Virus record (IMG/VR): IMGVR_UViG_3300044759_000050
Coordinates: 1 to 45,871 of that record
Direction: 5' to 3' (one strand)
Length of the DNA stretch: 45,871 nucleotides
DNA from: a virus
Lineage: Duplodnaviria > Caudoviricetes
Each line of letters starts with the position of its first letter. Positions within the stretch are counted from its first letter, which is position 1. Shown here one piece after another: positions 1 through 8,784 of the stretch. The position numbers were made by a program, and so were the translations under genes. The notes under the pieces are model-generated. The model was not told the DNA's origin and made no database searches. It worked only from the letters and a program-made list of their open reading frames with translations.

Positions 1-43
1 TTTATGACAACGTAGTCCATGGTGATGGCTTCGCTTGTGGTGC
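1..43. repeat. Terminal direct repeat (circular overlap), copy 1
   Basis: 1-43 matches 45829-45871 except at positions 11 and 18 (C here, A at the end). Confidence 0.9.
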
Positions 44-341
44 CACCGGTCGTCGCAAAGGACACCCTGAAGCTGCCATTCGCCACCGCAGTGATGTTGA
101 AGTGATACAGATCAGTACCACCTCGCTGCACCGGTACAATCACGTCGCCGATTTCAACGAGACTGTTAGTCACGGTGAATGAGGCGAATGTTGCTGAGCC
201 TACCGCTGTAAACAGCGTGATGGCGCCAGACATCTTGTGCAGCGTTACACCAGTTGTTCGACTAGTAAGCTGCGTGATAGCTCCCCAAGCGGCACTGCGA
301 TAGCCGATCGGAGCGCCCTTGGATAGAAAGCGACCTGTCAT
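1..341 (-). CDS. Probable small virion structural protein spanning the contig junction (stop at 45813-45815 after circularisation)
   Basis: Hand translation from ATG 341: MTGRFLSKGAPIGY...TQLTSRTTGVTLHKMSGAITLF...SEAITMDYVVIK, continued by GQAK* at the other end. Beta-rich; lies between portal and scaffold; not in the ORF track. Confidence 0.7.
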   Translation of the reverse strand, partial: MTGRFLSKGAPIGYRSAAWGAITQLTSRTTGVTLHKMSGAITLFTAVGSATFASFTVTNSLVEIGDVIVPVQRGGTDLYHFNITAVANGSFRVSFATTGGTTSEAITMDYVVI

Positions 342-342
342 C

Positions 343-537
343 TTATTGGTTCCTGCTAGCAGCCTTTGCGTTGGGGCTTTCGGCCTTGGTCATTGAGCCC
401 ACGCCGCTAGCATTTGTCGCGTGGGGGCCAAGATCCTTGCCCATGTTCGTAGCCTTCGGTTCCCCGGAACCGAGTGGCTTACATGCATAGTTGACGGTGG
501 CGTTTTGGCTCTTGCCCTTATAACCCTTGTCGTGCAT
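343..537 (-). CDS. Hypothetical protein (head module)
   Basis: 64-aa ORF tightly packed between its neighbours. Confidence 0.6.
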   Translation of the reverse strand: MHDKGYKGKSQNATVNYACKPLGSGEPKATNMGKDLGPHATNASGVGSMTKAESPNAKAASRNQ

Positions 538-538
538 A

Positions 539-697
539 TCAGTAGCCCTTCACAGCTGGTTTCGGCTTGCGCTTTTTCGTCACACCCTTGACAGTGCCCT
601 TTGCCTCGCTGGCATAGAACGTCGAAACGCCCTTCTTCTTGCCATATGTGTCGATCATAGCGGTCTTGATCTTACGACCCTTTTTGTTTAATGGCAT
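539..697 (-). CDS. Small Lys-rich protein (52 aa)
   Basis: Hand translation MPLNKKGRKIKTAMIDTYGKKKGVSTFYASEAKGTVKGVTKKRKPKPAVKGY; start coupled to the portal stop (TGATG). Confidence 0.7.
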   Translation of the reverse strand: MPLNKKGRKIKTAMIDTYGKKKGVSTFYASEAKGTVKGVTKKRKPKPAVKGY

Positions 698-2667
698 CAC
701 TGGGCTCCTGCATTAGGTGGCATACCTGTCGCGGGGTTGGCCATTTGCTGAACTTGGGCCGTTTGAGGATCGCCACCTGTTCCAGCACCGCCCGCCACAC
801 CAGCCGCCTGACCCTCGCTGTTCTTTGGACCGCCAAGCAGCAGTTGGCTCGCCCCCTGCGTGCGTTGCAGCTCAGCATTTTGGGCATCCTGGCTCTGCTC
901 TTCGAGCGACTTGGTGATGTGCTCAGGATTGAGGTTCAGCGTTCTCATAAGCTGACGAAGCGTTTTCTTGGGACTGAACTCAGCCATGAACGCCTGGAAC
1001 AGCATCGGGTTAGTTCCGACTGCTTGCAGCAGCGCCATGATTTTCTGGAAGTCCAGCGCCCGCGTCATGGTGGCACTAAGCCCATTCACCATAAACTGTG
1101 CCTTACCAGCAAACAGCGCGAATCGCTCTTCGGGCTTTGCTCGCATGATCATCAGTGCGATCTTGCGATCAATTGAGCTGGCAAAGGCTGTCTCAGGGAT
1201 GTCCTCAGCGTTCTGCAAGATGCACAGCCACGCTTTACGGAGTGCCACACTCATGCACATGTTCTCCAGATCGGCCACAATGCCGTCAAGCATCAGGTTC
1301 TGGCTCTGGCTCGACTCAAGCACCTCCGTCGCGAGCACTTGCTTGGGGGGCAAGGCCCCCAGCTTCAGCTCGTTGGTCATAGCCGCCTGGGCGAATTCCC
1401 TGTTGAGCAGTTCGAAGATCGCCATTGCGTCATTCGGAACGTCGCCTTCGCTGACCGTTTCAAGCACCTTCGCATTGTGCGGCAGCGTTTGCTTGACAGC
1501 CAGCGTCTGGCCCTGACGGATGCCGCCCTCGACCTGGCTGGGGTCGTCAAGGTCTTCGATGCGCAGCTGCTTGATGCCCCACACAGCGGCCAAGCCGCCA
1601 TCCAACATGAGGTTGAACATCTCATTGATAGCCAGGTTAAGATCGCTGGCATGGTCATAGATGGCTTTGTGCCAGACGCTATGAGGCACACGGATCAATG
1701 GTGCGACAACGAAGGGGCTCTCTTGATGCCAGAACGGATTTGGCTCGGGAGGTCTGATGAGGAATCGCTCATTGGCAACAGTCGCTACCACATTGCGGTG
1801 AACGATCTGGCCATTATTGTCCAAGATGGTTCCCCAGAACTCATCAAGCAGGACACGCTTGCGAAAGCTCGGCTTAGTCGTCTCGTCCTGGTTACGGTCG
1901 CTCTCGCTGAGCTTTTCATCCTCCGGCCGTTCATGATCCATGCCTTTCAGCTGTGCGACGGCCGCCTTGTCGTAGATCCCTTCCTCCGCCATGGATTCGA
2001 CTTCGTGCAAATCGCGCTCGACGCGGTGGATCTCATACAGGCCGGCGCCAGTGGGGTCAGGGTAGTAGTCCTCAACGCGCACAAGGTCAATTCGTAGCTT
2101 CCATTCCTTGATCTCCTCAGTCTTGAGCGTCGGCTCGCCATCTTCATCCAGTTCAAAGTTGAACTTGCGCTTCGTCATGAAGCCGCCATGAACCTTCAGG
2201 ATGATGAGCGTTTTAAGCAGCGCCTGCTTCACGCTGTCGCTCACAACAGTGTGAAACTTCTCAGGGTTGTTGTTAGGTCCCCACAGATCATCCAGGAACG
2301 GCTTAAGCATCGCCCTGATCTGTGCGCCGTCGATGAACTGGCTCAGCGTCGGATCGATGTTAACACTGAAGTAGTCACCAAACTGGATCATGCCGCGCTT
2401 GATCAGCGCAGCCAACTGCTCCACGCTGACAGGCACCTTGGGCAGGAACTCAGTCGACTGACCATCCTGCTTATGGCTGAAGTCTTGTCGGCCTAAATAG
2501 GTGTCCCAATTGCGATTGTTCTGGCTCATGCGCGTACGCCGCGCATCCTCAGATTCCTGCCGAAACCTGTTGATGATGCCAATAACGCCTATCCCGCCAG
2601 GGATCTGCTCATCAAACTCAGGTCTCGGGCCCACTCCGCTCGCGATTGGATTTTCTGTTAAAGCCAT
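697..2667 (-). CDS. Portal (head-tail connector) protein
   Basis: ~656 aa just downstream of TerL; podovirus portal-like segments (DYYPDP, EFWG, NPFWHQESPFV) and a Q/G-rich C-terminus; start placed at MALTEN. Confidence 0.85.
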   Translation of the reverse strand: MALTENPIASGVGPRPEFDEQIPGGIGVIGIINRFRQESEDARRTRMSQNNRNWDTYLGRQDFSHKQDGQSTEFLPKVPVSVEQLAALIKRGMIQFGDYFSVNIDPTLSQFIDGAQIRAMLKPFLDDLWGPNNNPEKFHTVVSDSVKQALLKTLIILKVHGGFMTKRKFNFELDEDGEPTLKTEEIKEWKLRIDLVRVEDYYPDPTGAGLYEIHRVERDLHEVESMAEEGIYDKAAVAQLKGMDHERPEDEKLSESDRNQDETTKPSFRKRVLLDEFWGTILDNNGQIVHRNVVATVANERFLIRPPEPNPFWHQESPFVVAPLIRVPHSVWHKAIYDHASDLNLAINEMFNLMLDGGLAAVWGIKQLRIEDLDDPSQVEGGIRQGQTLAVKQTLPHNAKVLETVSEGDVPNDAMAIFELLNREFAQAAMTNELKLGALPPKQVLATEVLESSQSQNLMLDGIVADLENMCMSVALRKAWLCILQNAEDIPETAFASSIDRKIALMIMRAKPEERFALFAGKAQFMVNGLSATMTRALDFQKIMALLQAVGTNPMLFQAFMAEFSPKKTLRQLMRTLNLNPEHITKSLEEQSQDAQNAELQRTQGASQLLLGGPKNSEGQAAGVAGGAGTGGDPQTAQVQQMANPATGMPPNAGAQ

Positions 2668-2869
2668 ATGAGGGTCCCCGGATGGGCTTCCTGGCAAATT
2701 TTCGTTCCGCTACGCATCCGATATGTACCCCTATGAGGGACTCTGCTTTGGTTAGCAGCCCCGTTCCGCACACTCGGCACAGGCGAGGCGGCGGACCGCC
2801 GCTGGCGGCGGGTTTTTGACCATTGCGCCTGTCTCTATTCTTTGTCAATGGATCGGTTGGCATGGACAT
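2618..2869 (-). CDS. Small putative Zn-binding protein
   Basis: CRVC...HIGC pattern; lies between terL and portal. Confidence 0.5.
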   Translation of the reverse strand: MSMPTDPLTKNRDRRNGQKPAASGGPPPRLCRVCGTGLLTKAESLIGVHIGCVAERKFARKPIRGPSYGFNRKSNRERSGPET

Positions 2870-2885
2870 CCCAATGGGTTAAAAT
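2857..2885 (+). promoter_or_regulatory. Sigma70-like promoter antisense to the structural operon
   Basis: TTGGCA-17 nt-TAAAAT. Confidence 0.65.
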
Positions 2886-2891
2886 TCATGG

Positions 2892-2954
2892 ATCAGGCAT
2901 CCTCCCACCGGCCTGGTAAGCGTCACTTATGGAGCCTAGCGGCTCCATTTTTTT
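2892..2954 (+). ncRNA. Candidate ~63-nt small RNA with a CCUCCC loop hairpin followed by a terminator
   Basis: Upstream promoter; stem ATCAGGC/GCCTGGT (one G-U pair) with loop ATCCTCCCACCG; intrinsic terminator; no plausible ORF. Confidence 0.55.
2929..2954 (+). terminator. Rho-independent terminator
   Basis: ATGGAGCC-TAGC-GGCTCCAT followed by a T run. Confidence 0.8.
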
Positions 2955-2978
2955 GCGTAGCGCTCCCTCGCGGTACAC

Positions 2979-4490
2979 CTATCGCGAGTAGCGCGGTCCG
3001 AGGAGCGCTTGGGGGATGTGGCGGCTCGCGCCACGGGCTGTCAGGTGACGAACTGGCTCCTCAAATGCCAGCCAGTAACCTCCCGCGTCAGAGGTGTGAG
3101 TGCGATGGAAGTACGGATCTTTACGATTGCGGATCTTCAGAATGCCGCCCCGCTGGTCACGGAGGACGCCTTCGAAGTCGGCTATCAGTTCATGGCAAGA
3201 GGGATCAATCTGAATGCGCACCGTACCTTCCTCGTCCCTCAAGAGCCTATTCACCGCATTGACTCGATCGGGCACTCTAGGATTCTCAGGGGGGATGCGC
3301 AAGCGGATCGGAGATCCGTATTGCTTCATCTCATTCATAATAGTCCAATAGTCGCTCTTGCCAGTTTGGCCCGTGCGGCCTTCACCGGTGGCGTCCCCGT
3401 AGAGCCACACCTCACCCCCATGAGCGGGGAATGCATCATAAAACAGATTGCACATGTCAGGGATGTTGCCTTCCTCAAGCACGAACTCCCTGTAGAAGCG
3501 ATAAACCGCTCCATCCACCTGACCCACTAGGCTAACCATCGGCTCAACGTTGAAATCCCACATCCACACCAGCGGCCGGCGATGGCTGATCTCGGGCATA
3601 TCCCTTGCAACATGGATCATCCGATCAAAGCCATGGTACGCCCTGGCCCCCGACATTCCAGGTAGCCACTCGCCCTCAAGGCGGATGCGACGGCTGGCCG
3701 TGCCCTCTGGATAGATGGCTTCAAGGCGCTTTATCTCGTCGCGCGGAATGCCAGGGTTGTCATAGATGCTGGCCCCAAACAAGCCCACGCCGGGTAGCTG
3801 ACCGCTTTGCCAGGGCTGGATGATCTTGGGAAAGACCCAGCTTGTCGTTACGAGCTTGCCCTCGGGCGGAAGGATCGTTGCCGTGCAGAAAAAGATTAGG
3901 GGCATATTGCCCACCCGGATGACGGCCTCCTCGTAGATCTCCCAAGGATGCTCCTCGTCCATGTGGAACCAATCCTTGTCAGCGCCCTGATATTTCTTCC
4001 TCCCTGATTCCGCCGACTTGAAGCCGATTATGCTGCCATTTTTCAGCTTTAAGATCTGGTTCTCAGTGCTCCAGCTCTCAATCTCATGCTTTGGGATGAA
4101 GGGGGGGTACTTTCCAGTAATTCGGTATCCGTTGTCGAAGTACTTAGGCTGAATAACATCTCGTGACGTTGGAAAGTCAAGAGCAGATACCCATCCGGAT
4201 GTAGATCGATCGATAACTTGGACGCTCGCCCCGGCGTGAGGGGCAGGTTTGGCATCCTGTCGGCCAAAGCGTGCAAGAGTTGAGCCAATGTATGCACCTG
4301 CGTCACTTTTTCCACTCCTGTTAGCTGCAATAAACCAGTTTTCTTTCTTCTTCCGCTGTAAAACGCTGTCAACGAACACTTGTTGCTTAGCGTGCAGCGG
4401 AAAGTTCTTGAGCGGATCGCCCTCCCGGCGCGTCTTGAGTTCATCAGCCATCAAGAGGAAACGTTCTTGTTGTTCTCGCATCGTTGGCAT
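2979..4490 (-). CDS. terL: Terminase large subunit
   Basis: Walker A AANRSGKS, Walker B WFHMDEE, RNase H-like nuclease motifs WDFN, YGDATG and HTSDA; upstream of portal; exact start uncertain (4481-4538). Confidence 0.93.
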   Translation of the reverse strand: MPTMREQQERFLLMADELKTRREGDPLKNFPLHAKQQVFVDSVLQRKKKENWFIAANRSGKSDAGAYIGSTLARFGRQDAKPAPHAGASVQVIDRSTSGWVSALDFPTSRDVIQPKYFDNGYRITGKYPPFIPKHEIESWSTENQILKLKNGSIIGFKSAESGRKKYQGADKDWFHMDEEHPWEIYEEAVIRVGNMPLIFFCTATILPPEGKLVTTSWVFPKIIQPWQSGQLPGVGLFGASIYDNPGIPRDEIKRLEAIYPEGTASRRIRLEGEWLPGMSGARAYHGFDRMIHVARDMPEISHRRPLVWMWDFNVEPMVSLVGQVDGAVYRFYREFVLEEGNIPDMCNLFYDAFPAHGGEVWLYGDATGEGRTGQTGKSDYWTIMNEMKQYGSPIRLRIPPENPRVPDRVNAVNRLLRDEEGTVRIQIDPSCHELIADFEGVLRDQRGGILKIRNRKDPYFHRTHTSDAGGYWLAFEEPVRHLTARGASRHIPQALLGPRYSR

Positions 4491-4520
4491 GTGACAAATC
4501 CATCCATTTTGTGCCATAAT
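4491..4520 (+). promoter_or_regulatory. Sigma70-like promoter divergent from terL
   Basis: GTGACA-18 nt-CATAAT; -10 overlapped by the inverted repeat TGTGCC/GGCACA. Confidence 0.5.
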
Positions 4521-4526
4521 GGGCAC

Positions 4527-4883
4527 ATGAGAGCGCATCAGTCAACCAAAACATGCACAGATTGCGATCGGCGACTGCCAATCGAAGAGTTTCCATGGCA
4601 CAGAACCTACGGCGTGCGCATAAGCTACTGCCGAGAGTGCAGAAACACGCGCAATCGCGTTTACATGACGGCATTCAGACGCAGGCACGGTACACCACTA
4701 GCGATTCGCTGGAGTGCCAATGAGAAACAAGTGCTCTGGCTCGTGCATTTCATGGGCCTAACACCCCGCTATGCGGCTGAGCTAATCAACAAGGACGTTC
4801 GAGCAATCAAAACCTACGCAAGTCAGATGATGGGCCTCGGCCCCTGGAGGTGTTATGAGCGAATTTATGCAAGAGCCAAGTGA
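4527..4883 (+). CDS. Zn-finger plus Myb/SANT-like HTH DNA-binding protein
   Basis: CTDC...CREC followed by RWSANEKQVLW...AAELINKDVRAIK. Confidence 0.6.
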   Translation: MRAHQSTKTCTDCDRRLPIEEFPWHRTYGVRISYCRECRNTRNRVYMTAFRRRHGTPLAIRWSANEKQVLWLVHFMGLTPRYAAELINKDVRAIKTYASQMMGLGPWRCYERIYARAK

Positions 4884-5100
4884 GGCCGAGATCCGCTCGA
4901 CCGGCGATCCACGCAACTTCATTGCACACCGGATGCGGCTAGCCGCATCCATTGACGAGTTCGAAGCCAGAATGGATATGCTTGAGTTCGGATTTACCAT
5001 CGCCTCCGGCGATGGTCCACACATCGGCTATGCCGACGCATCCCAGCGGGCTTCGCCCGGTGAGGTAATTCCGCCTGGCGGAACGGGGCAGGAGCCCTGA
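4855..5100 (+). CDS. Hypothetical protein
   Basis: 81 aa; GGAGG upstream. Confidence 0.6.
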   Translation: MSEFMQEPSEAEIRSTGDPRNFIAHRMRLAASIDEFEARMDMLEFGFTIASGDGPHIGYADASQRASPGEVIPPGGTGQEP

Positions 5101-5126
5101 CCAATCCCGGGCTCCGCCCGGATCGG

Positions 5127-5155
5127 TTGACGTCGCCCCGGCCACGCGCCATAAT
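5127..5155 (+). promoter_or_regulatory. Sigma70-like promoter
   Basis: TTGACG-17 nt-CATAAT upstream of ORF 5199. Confidence 0.7.
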
Positions 5156-5198
5156 GCACCCGCATCCTAAACAGATGACATTAAATGGAGACTAACTC

Positions 5199-5537
5199 AT
5201 GAAAAGAGTACTCGTAGCTGTGGCGCTTATGGCGGTGTCACTCACGGCCGTAGCCACTGATGCCGAGGCTCGGCGCCGCGGTGGAAGCCGCACACGTACA
5301 GAAGTCATCACTACGGCTCCGGCGATCGATCCGCTGACGCTGATGCTTCTCCTCGGTGGAGGCGGCGCACAGTCGTTTGGTGTTGCTAATGCCGGCTTTG
5401 GCGCTAACCCGCTAGCACTGTTGCTGGGCGCACAGTCGTTCGGTGGTCAGACCACGATCATCGAAACTGAGCGCCGCGGCCGTCGCGGTGGATGGCGTCG
5501 TGGCCCTGGTCCTCGGCCGGTGCCTAGCAGCCGCTAA
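5199..5537 (+). CDS. Secreted Arg/Gly-rich protein
   Basis: Sec-type signal ending AEA; GGAG RBS; internal repeat PLxLxLLG..AQSFG. Confidence 0.75.
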   Translation: MKRVLVAVALMAVSLTAVATDAEARRRGGSRTRTEVITTAPAIDPLTLMLLLGGGGAQSFGVANAGFGANPLALLLGAQSFGGQTTIIETERRGRRGGWRRGPGPRPVPSSR

Positions 5538-5586
5538 CAGTCAACCCACGCTGGCCCCCCGGGGCCAGCGCAAGGAGACAAAACGC

Positions 5587-5856
5587 ATGAAACATCTTGT
5601 TACCCTCGGTTTAAGCGCTGCGCTTCTGGCCGGCAGCTTTGCCGCCGCAGATGCTCGTGAGGGACGTCGCCACTGGCGTGGGGATCGAGGCCGCACTACG
5701 ATCATCCAACAGCCCGCAGTTGGCATTGGCGTTGGTTTGGCAGGCTTGCTGCTCTTGCAGCAGATGTCACAGCCACAGCAGCAGCCTGTCTATGAGCAGG
5801 AGCCCCTCCCCAGGGAGCCGAAGCTGCGGCGTGACAGCCCCATTCCGCTAAAATGA
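5587..5856 (+). CDS. Secreted/membrane Arg-rich protein
   Basis: Signal peptide ending ADA; AAGGAG RBS; hydrophobic GIGVGLAGLLLL segment. Confidence 0.75.
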   Translation: MKHLVTLGLSAALLAGSFAAADAREGRRHWRGDRGRTTIIQQPAVGIGVGLAGLLLLQQMSQPQQQPVYEQEPLPREPKLRRDSPIPLK

Positions 5857-5942
5857 ACCTGCGGTTCATCACACAAATCCTGAGGGGGGTCGCTGCCGCA
5901 ACGCGGCCCCCAGTTCCACGCAACCCGGCGAAGAGGCCTAGC

Positions 5943-6296
5943 ATGAGCACACCTGCGCCTACCCCCGTTATCGAGACGCCTACGCCGTGGTACAAAAGCA
6001 GGACGCAGCTTCTTAGCGTCGCGCAGACCGCGATTGGCATTGCCCTAGCGCTGGGCTTGATCAGCCCTGATGCGGGAACCATCCTGAAGGGGAACCTGGA
6101 GCCAATCATCGGGGGCGTTGTGGCGCTAGTCGGCCTCGTGGCTCTGTGGACGCACCCAACCGAGGTGCAAAACACGGCCAAGACAGCGGCTGCTGAAGCG
6201 ACCGTCGCCACGGCTGAGGTTATTGTGGATAAGGATCGCTCAGGGGGCCCTGGAGCGGCTGCGGCCGCTGCCAAGGAGATTATCAGGGACGCATAG
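5943..6296 (+). CDS. Putative holin
   Basis: PWYKSRT motif followed by two hydrophobic helices; in the same cassette as the endolysin. Confidence 0.6.
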   Translation: MSTPAPTPVIETPTPWYKSRTQLLSVAQTAIGIALALGLISPDAGTILKGNLEPIIGGVVALVGLVALWTHPTEVQNTAKTAAAEATVATAEVIVDKDRSGGPGAAAAAAKEIIRDA

Positions 6297-6314
6297 AGTT
6301 TATAGGGGGGCTGA

Positions 6315-6533
6315 ATGACGCCGGAGTTTATGCACGCTCTTTTGCTGCTGGGGATAGCAGCGTTCAATGCATTTACAGCTTTTATGGCTTGGCGGACGCT
6401 AGGGGTGACTAAGCGCACCGAGGCGAATGTTGCAATCGTGGAGAAGGCTACGAACAGCATGAAAGACGCATTGGTGCTAGCGGCCGGCAAAGCGGGATTT
6501 CAGCAAGGTGTTGATTCGACGAGGCAATTATGA
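6315..6533 (+). CDS. Small membrane protein (possible lysis accessory)
   Basis: Single N-terminal TM segment then a helical tail. Confidence 0.6.
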   Translation: MTPEFMHALLLLGIAAFNAFTAFMAWRTLGVTKRTEANVAIVEKATNSMKDALVLAAGKAGFQQGVDSTRQL

Positions 6534-6817
6534 AACTAGGCGGCACACAAACCCCCCCAGCGCCGGGCGGCGCAGATCCATTTGGGGCACTAGCCCGGGC
6601 CAATGCGCCTGTTGGGCCAGGCATCGGAACCAGCTCGGTGGTTGGAGCGACGAACCGTCGCAGGCGCTTTGCAGCGCAGGTGCTTGGCGATACGCCCCCG
6701 CGAGATGGTCCGTTTGCCCAGTCCGCCCAGCCGATCGCTGTGGCTATGCCCCCTCGCGCTAGGCGCGAGGTGCGCCGTTCGAAGGGCGACCCTGGCGGCC
6801 CTAACCCGTTCAGATGA
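6530..6817 (+). CDS. Hypothetical P/G/R-rich protein
   Basis: ATGA coupling to the upstream ORF. Confidence 0.5.
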   Translation: MKLGGTQTPPAPGGADPFGALARANAPVGPGIGTSSVVGATNRRRRFAAQVLGDTPPRDGPFAQSAQPIAVAMPPRARREVRRSKGDPGGPNPFR

Positions 6818-6879
6818 GCGCTACGCGCTCAGTTATTCCACCCTCCGGGCTTCGCCCGGCGCAACCAAACGAGGACGCT

Positions 6880-7059
6880 ATGAAAGTTCGTGAATTGATC
6901 GAGCTGCTTTCCCATCATGATGGTGACCTGGAGGCCACGGCTATGGACGGTGAGGAGATGGAACAGATGCCCATAACCGGGATCATCCACGTCGGCGATC
7001 GCATTGAGATGCAGACGGAGGATGCGGATGAGGTTGACGCCGAGGTGGAGCAGGCATGA
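6880..7059 (+). CDS. Small acidic hypothetical protein
   Basis: GAGGA RBS; begins MKVRELIELL. Confidence 0.65.
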   Translation: MKVRELIELLSHHDGDLEATAMDGEEMEQMPITGIIHVGDRIEMQTEDADEVDAEVEQA

Positions 7060-7382
7060 GCATGATCAGGCCGACAGTTGGGCGCATCGTCTGGTATTGG
7101 CCAACACGTCCGACCTCGCTGACGAGCCAGCCCTTCGCCGCGATCATCACGCGGGTTCATAGTGATACAGCTATTGACCTGATGGTGATGCATCCCATTG
7201 AGGGGCCAATCCCCACGCAGTGGGTTGGGCTGTTCCAAGAGGGCGAGGAGGTGCCCGACACGGCAGCTTACGCCGAGTGGATGCCTTATCAACAGGGGCA
7301 GGCAGCTAAGGCGGAGGCTGCCGAGGCAGCCCTCGCCCAGGGTTTCACCCGCCTCCCAGATCCAGGACCCAAGCACTCATGA
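7056..7382 (+). CDS. Conserved-looking phage hypothetical protein
   Basis: PTVGRIVWY...AAIITRVH...WMPYQ pattern recalled from phage proteins; ATGA coupling. Confidence 0.7.
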   Translation: MSMIRPTVGRIVWYWPTRPTSLTSQPFAAIITRVHSDTAIDLMVMHPIEGPIPTQWVGLFQEGEEVPDTAAYAEWMPYQQGQAAKAEAAEAALAQGFTRLPDPGPKHS

Positions 7383-7663
7383 TCGATTTAGCACATTTTA
7401 GCTATAGCCATCTCCCGGATGACCTCCGGGAGGTGAGCAAGCTGTTTTACGACCAGGCGCACACGTTGTGCAACTTCTTGCCTCCCAGCTACACACGGGG
7501 TTTGGCCCTGTTGAAGCTGTGGGAGGCCAAGAACCTGGCCGTCATTGCACGCCTCGAAGCCGATCGTCAGAGGCCGCAGGCCTCAGCCGGATCAGGTCTT
7601 GCTCAGGGTATGTCGGGAGCACCGCCTTCGGCGGACGCAGGTGCAACGAGGCTGCGCCCATGA
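7379..7663 (+). CDS. Helical-hairpin protein, possible Acb2/Tad1-like nucleotide sponge
   Basis: FSYSHLP..L.EVSK.F...A......LP...R.LAL.KL.EAK..AV; the function is an inference. Confidence 0.45.
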   Translation: MIDLAHFSYSHLPDDLREVSKLFYDQAHTLCNFLPPSYTRGLALLKLWEAKNLAVIARLEADRQRPQASAGSGLAQGMSGAPPSADAGATRLRP

Positions 7664-7872
7664 AGCCCGCACACATCTTACTCGCTACGCTCGTAGCGCT
7701 GTTCTTGGTGCTGGGGCTTTTGATCATGCCTCGCACGCCGGCGCCTCCGCAGGCACAGCTGTATGTGCCTGAGCAGGCCATTCAGCACCCATGCGGGGAC
7801 GCAAGGCGTCCAATGCCGGGCGAGTTGCCATACTGGGGCGCAGCTCCCACGCCGGGGGCGCCAGGGCGATGA
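7660..7872 (+). CDS. Small membrane protein
   Basis: N-terminal TM segment, Pro-rich tail; ATGA coupling. Confidence 0.6.
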   Translation: MKPAHILLATLVALFLVLGLLIMPRTPAPPQAQLYVPEQAIQHPCGDARRPMPGELPYWGAAPTPGAPGR

Positions 7873-8429
7873 GCGCGGTACGTTCGCCCTCTCCGGCTTC
7901 GCCTGCGCAGAGCAGCGCAGCTGCTCAGTGGCCTCGCCAGACGGTGGGCGAGATGAACAAGTTCTATGGAAACCCAGACCCTGAAGGGGACGGACGCCCC
8001 AACAGAACGTGGGAGGCTGAGAATCTGATCCGCGTTATGCCTCCGTACCCCATGGTGCTGGCGTGGGCGCCTAGCGCCCCGCTGCGCAGCTTCATGTTTC
8101 ACAGGCTGGCTGCGCCAGCCCTGCGGCGAGTGCTAGCAGCCATCTTGGTGGAATACCCGGAGCCCTGGCAGCGCGAGGTTGCTGGACTGCATTTGTGGGG
8201 CGGTGCGTATAACTTTAGGCTTATGCGGGGCGGCTCGGCGCTGTCAATGCACAGCTGGGGCTGTGCAGTTGACTTAAACCCGGCTGTGAACTGGTTTGGA
8301 CGGCGCTATGTGGAGCACTTGGGCATGATGCCACGCACTGTCGTGCGCTTGTTCGAAGCCGAAGGCTTCGTCTGGGGCGGTCTGTGGCGCAAGCCGGACG
8401 CGATGCATTTTCAGGCTGCACGCACATGA
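7869..8429 (+). CDS. Endolysin, M15-family Zn peptidase
   Basis: GAYNFR, SMHSWGCAVD (SxHxxGxAxD) and WGG.W..PDAMHFQ. Confidence 0.9.
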   Translation: MSAVRSPSPASPAQSSAAAQWPRQTVGEMNKFYGNPDPEGDGRPNRTWEAENLIRVMPPYPMVLAWAPSAPLRSFMFHRLAAPALRRVLAAILVEYPEPWQREVAGLHLWGGAYNFRLMRGGSALSMHSWGCAVDLNPAVNWFGRRYVEHLGMMPRTVVRLFEAEGFVWGGLWRKPDAMHFQAART

Positions 8430-8569
8430 AGCGGCGCCCTGTGCCGATGACGATCACCCTGAGGCGCAAGCCGCGCCTCGTGCGGTTTGTGAATGCGTAT
8501 ATGCATTGGCGCCAGCTCGGCCTGGGACGGCGAGCGGCCCTGGCCGCGGCATGGAGGATCAGTCGATGA
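8426..8569 (+). CDS. Small basic hypothetical protein
   Basis: ATGA coupling on both sides. Confidence 0.5.
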   Translation: MKRRPVPMTITLRRKPRLVRFVNAYMHWRQLGLGRRAALAAAWRISR

Positions 8570-8784
8570 GCCACGAGGCGCAGCGCAGCTGCGAGGAGCT
8601 TAACAAGATTACTGGTCTGTCGGAGCAGATATATGCCGCCGCTTCGACGCTTGACAAGCCTGAACGGCACATGATTAGTGACTTGGCAAAGCTGATCCAG
8701 TGGGTTGCCTATGATGCGGCGAACCCCGGCAGCGTCGAGGCCGCGCACGCGATTGCGAATCTGAAGGGAGCTGTGAGCCGATGA
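8566..8784 (+). CDS. Hypothetical protein
   Basis: GGAGG RBS; ATGA coupling. Confidence 0.6.
   Translation: MSHEAQRSCEELNKITGLSEQIYAAASTLDKPERHMISDLAKLIQWVAYDAANPGSVEAAHAIANLKGAVSR

Noticed and set aside
1-43. DGR template/variable repeat pair (the differences fall at plus-strand adenines)
   Set aside because: No reverse transcriptase; only 43 bp and located at the contig ends; on the coding strand the differences are T/G, not A-to-N
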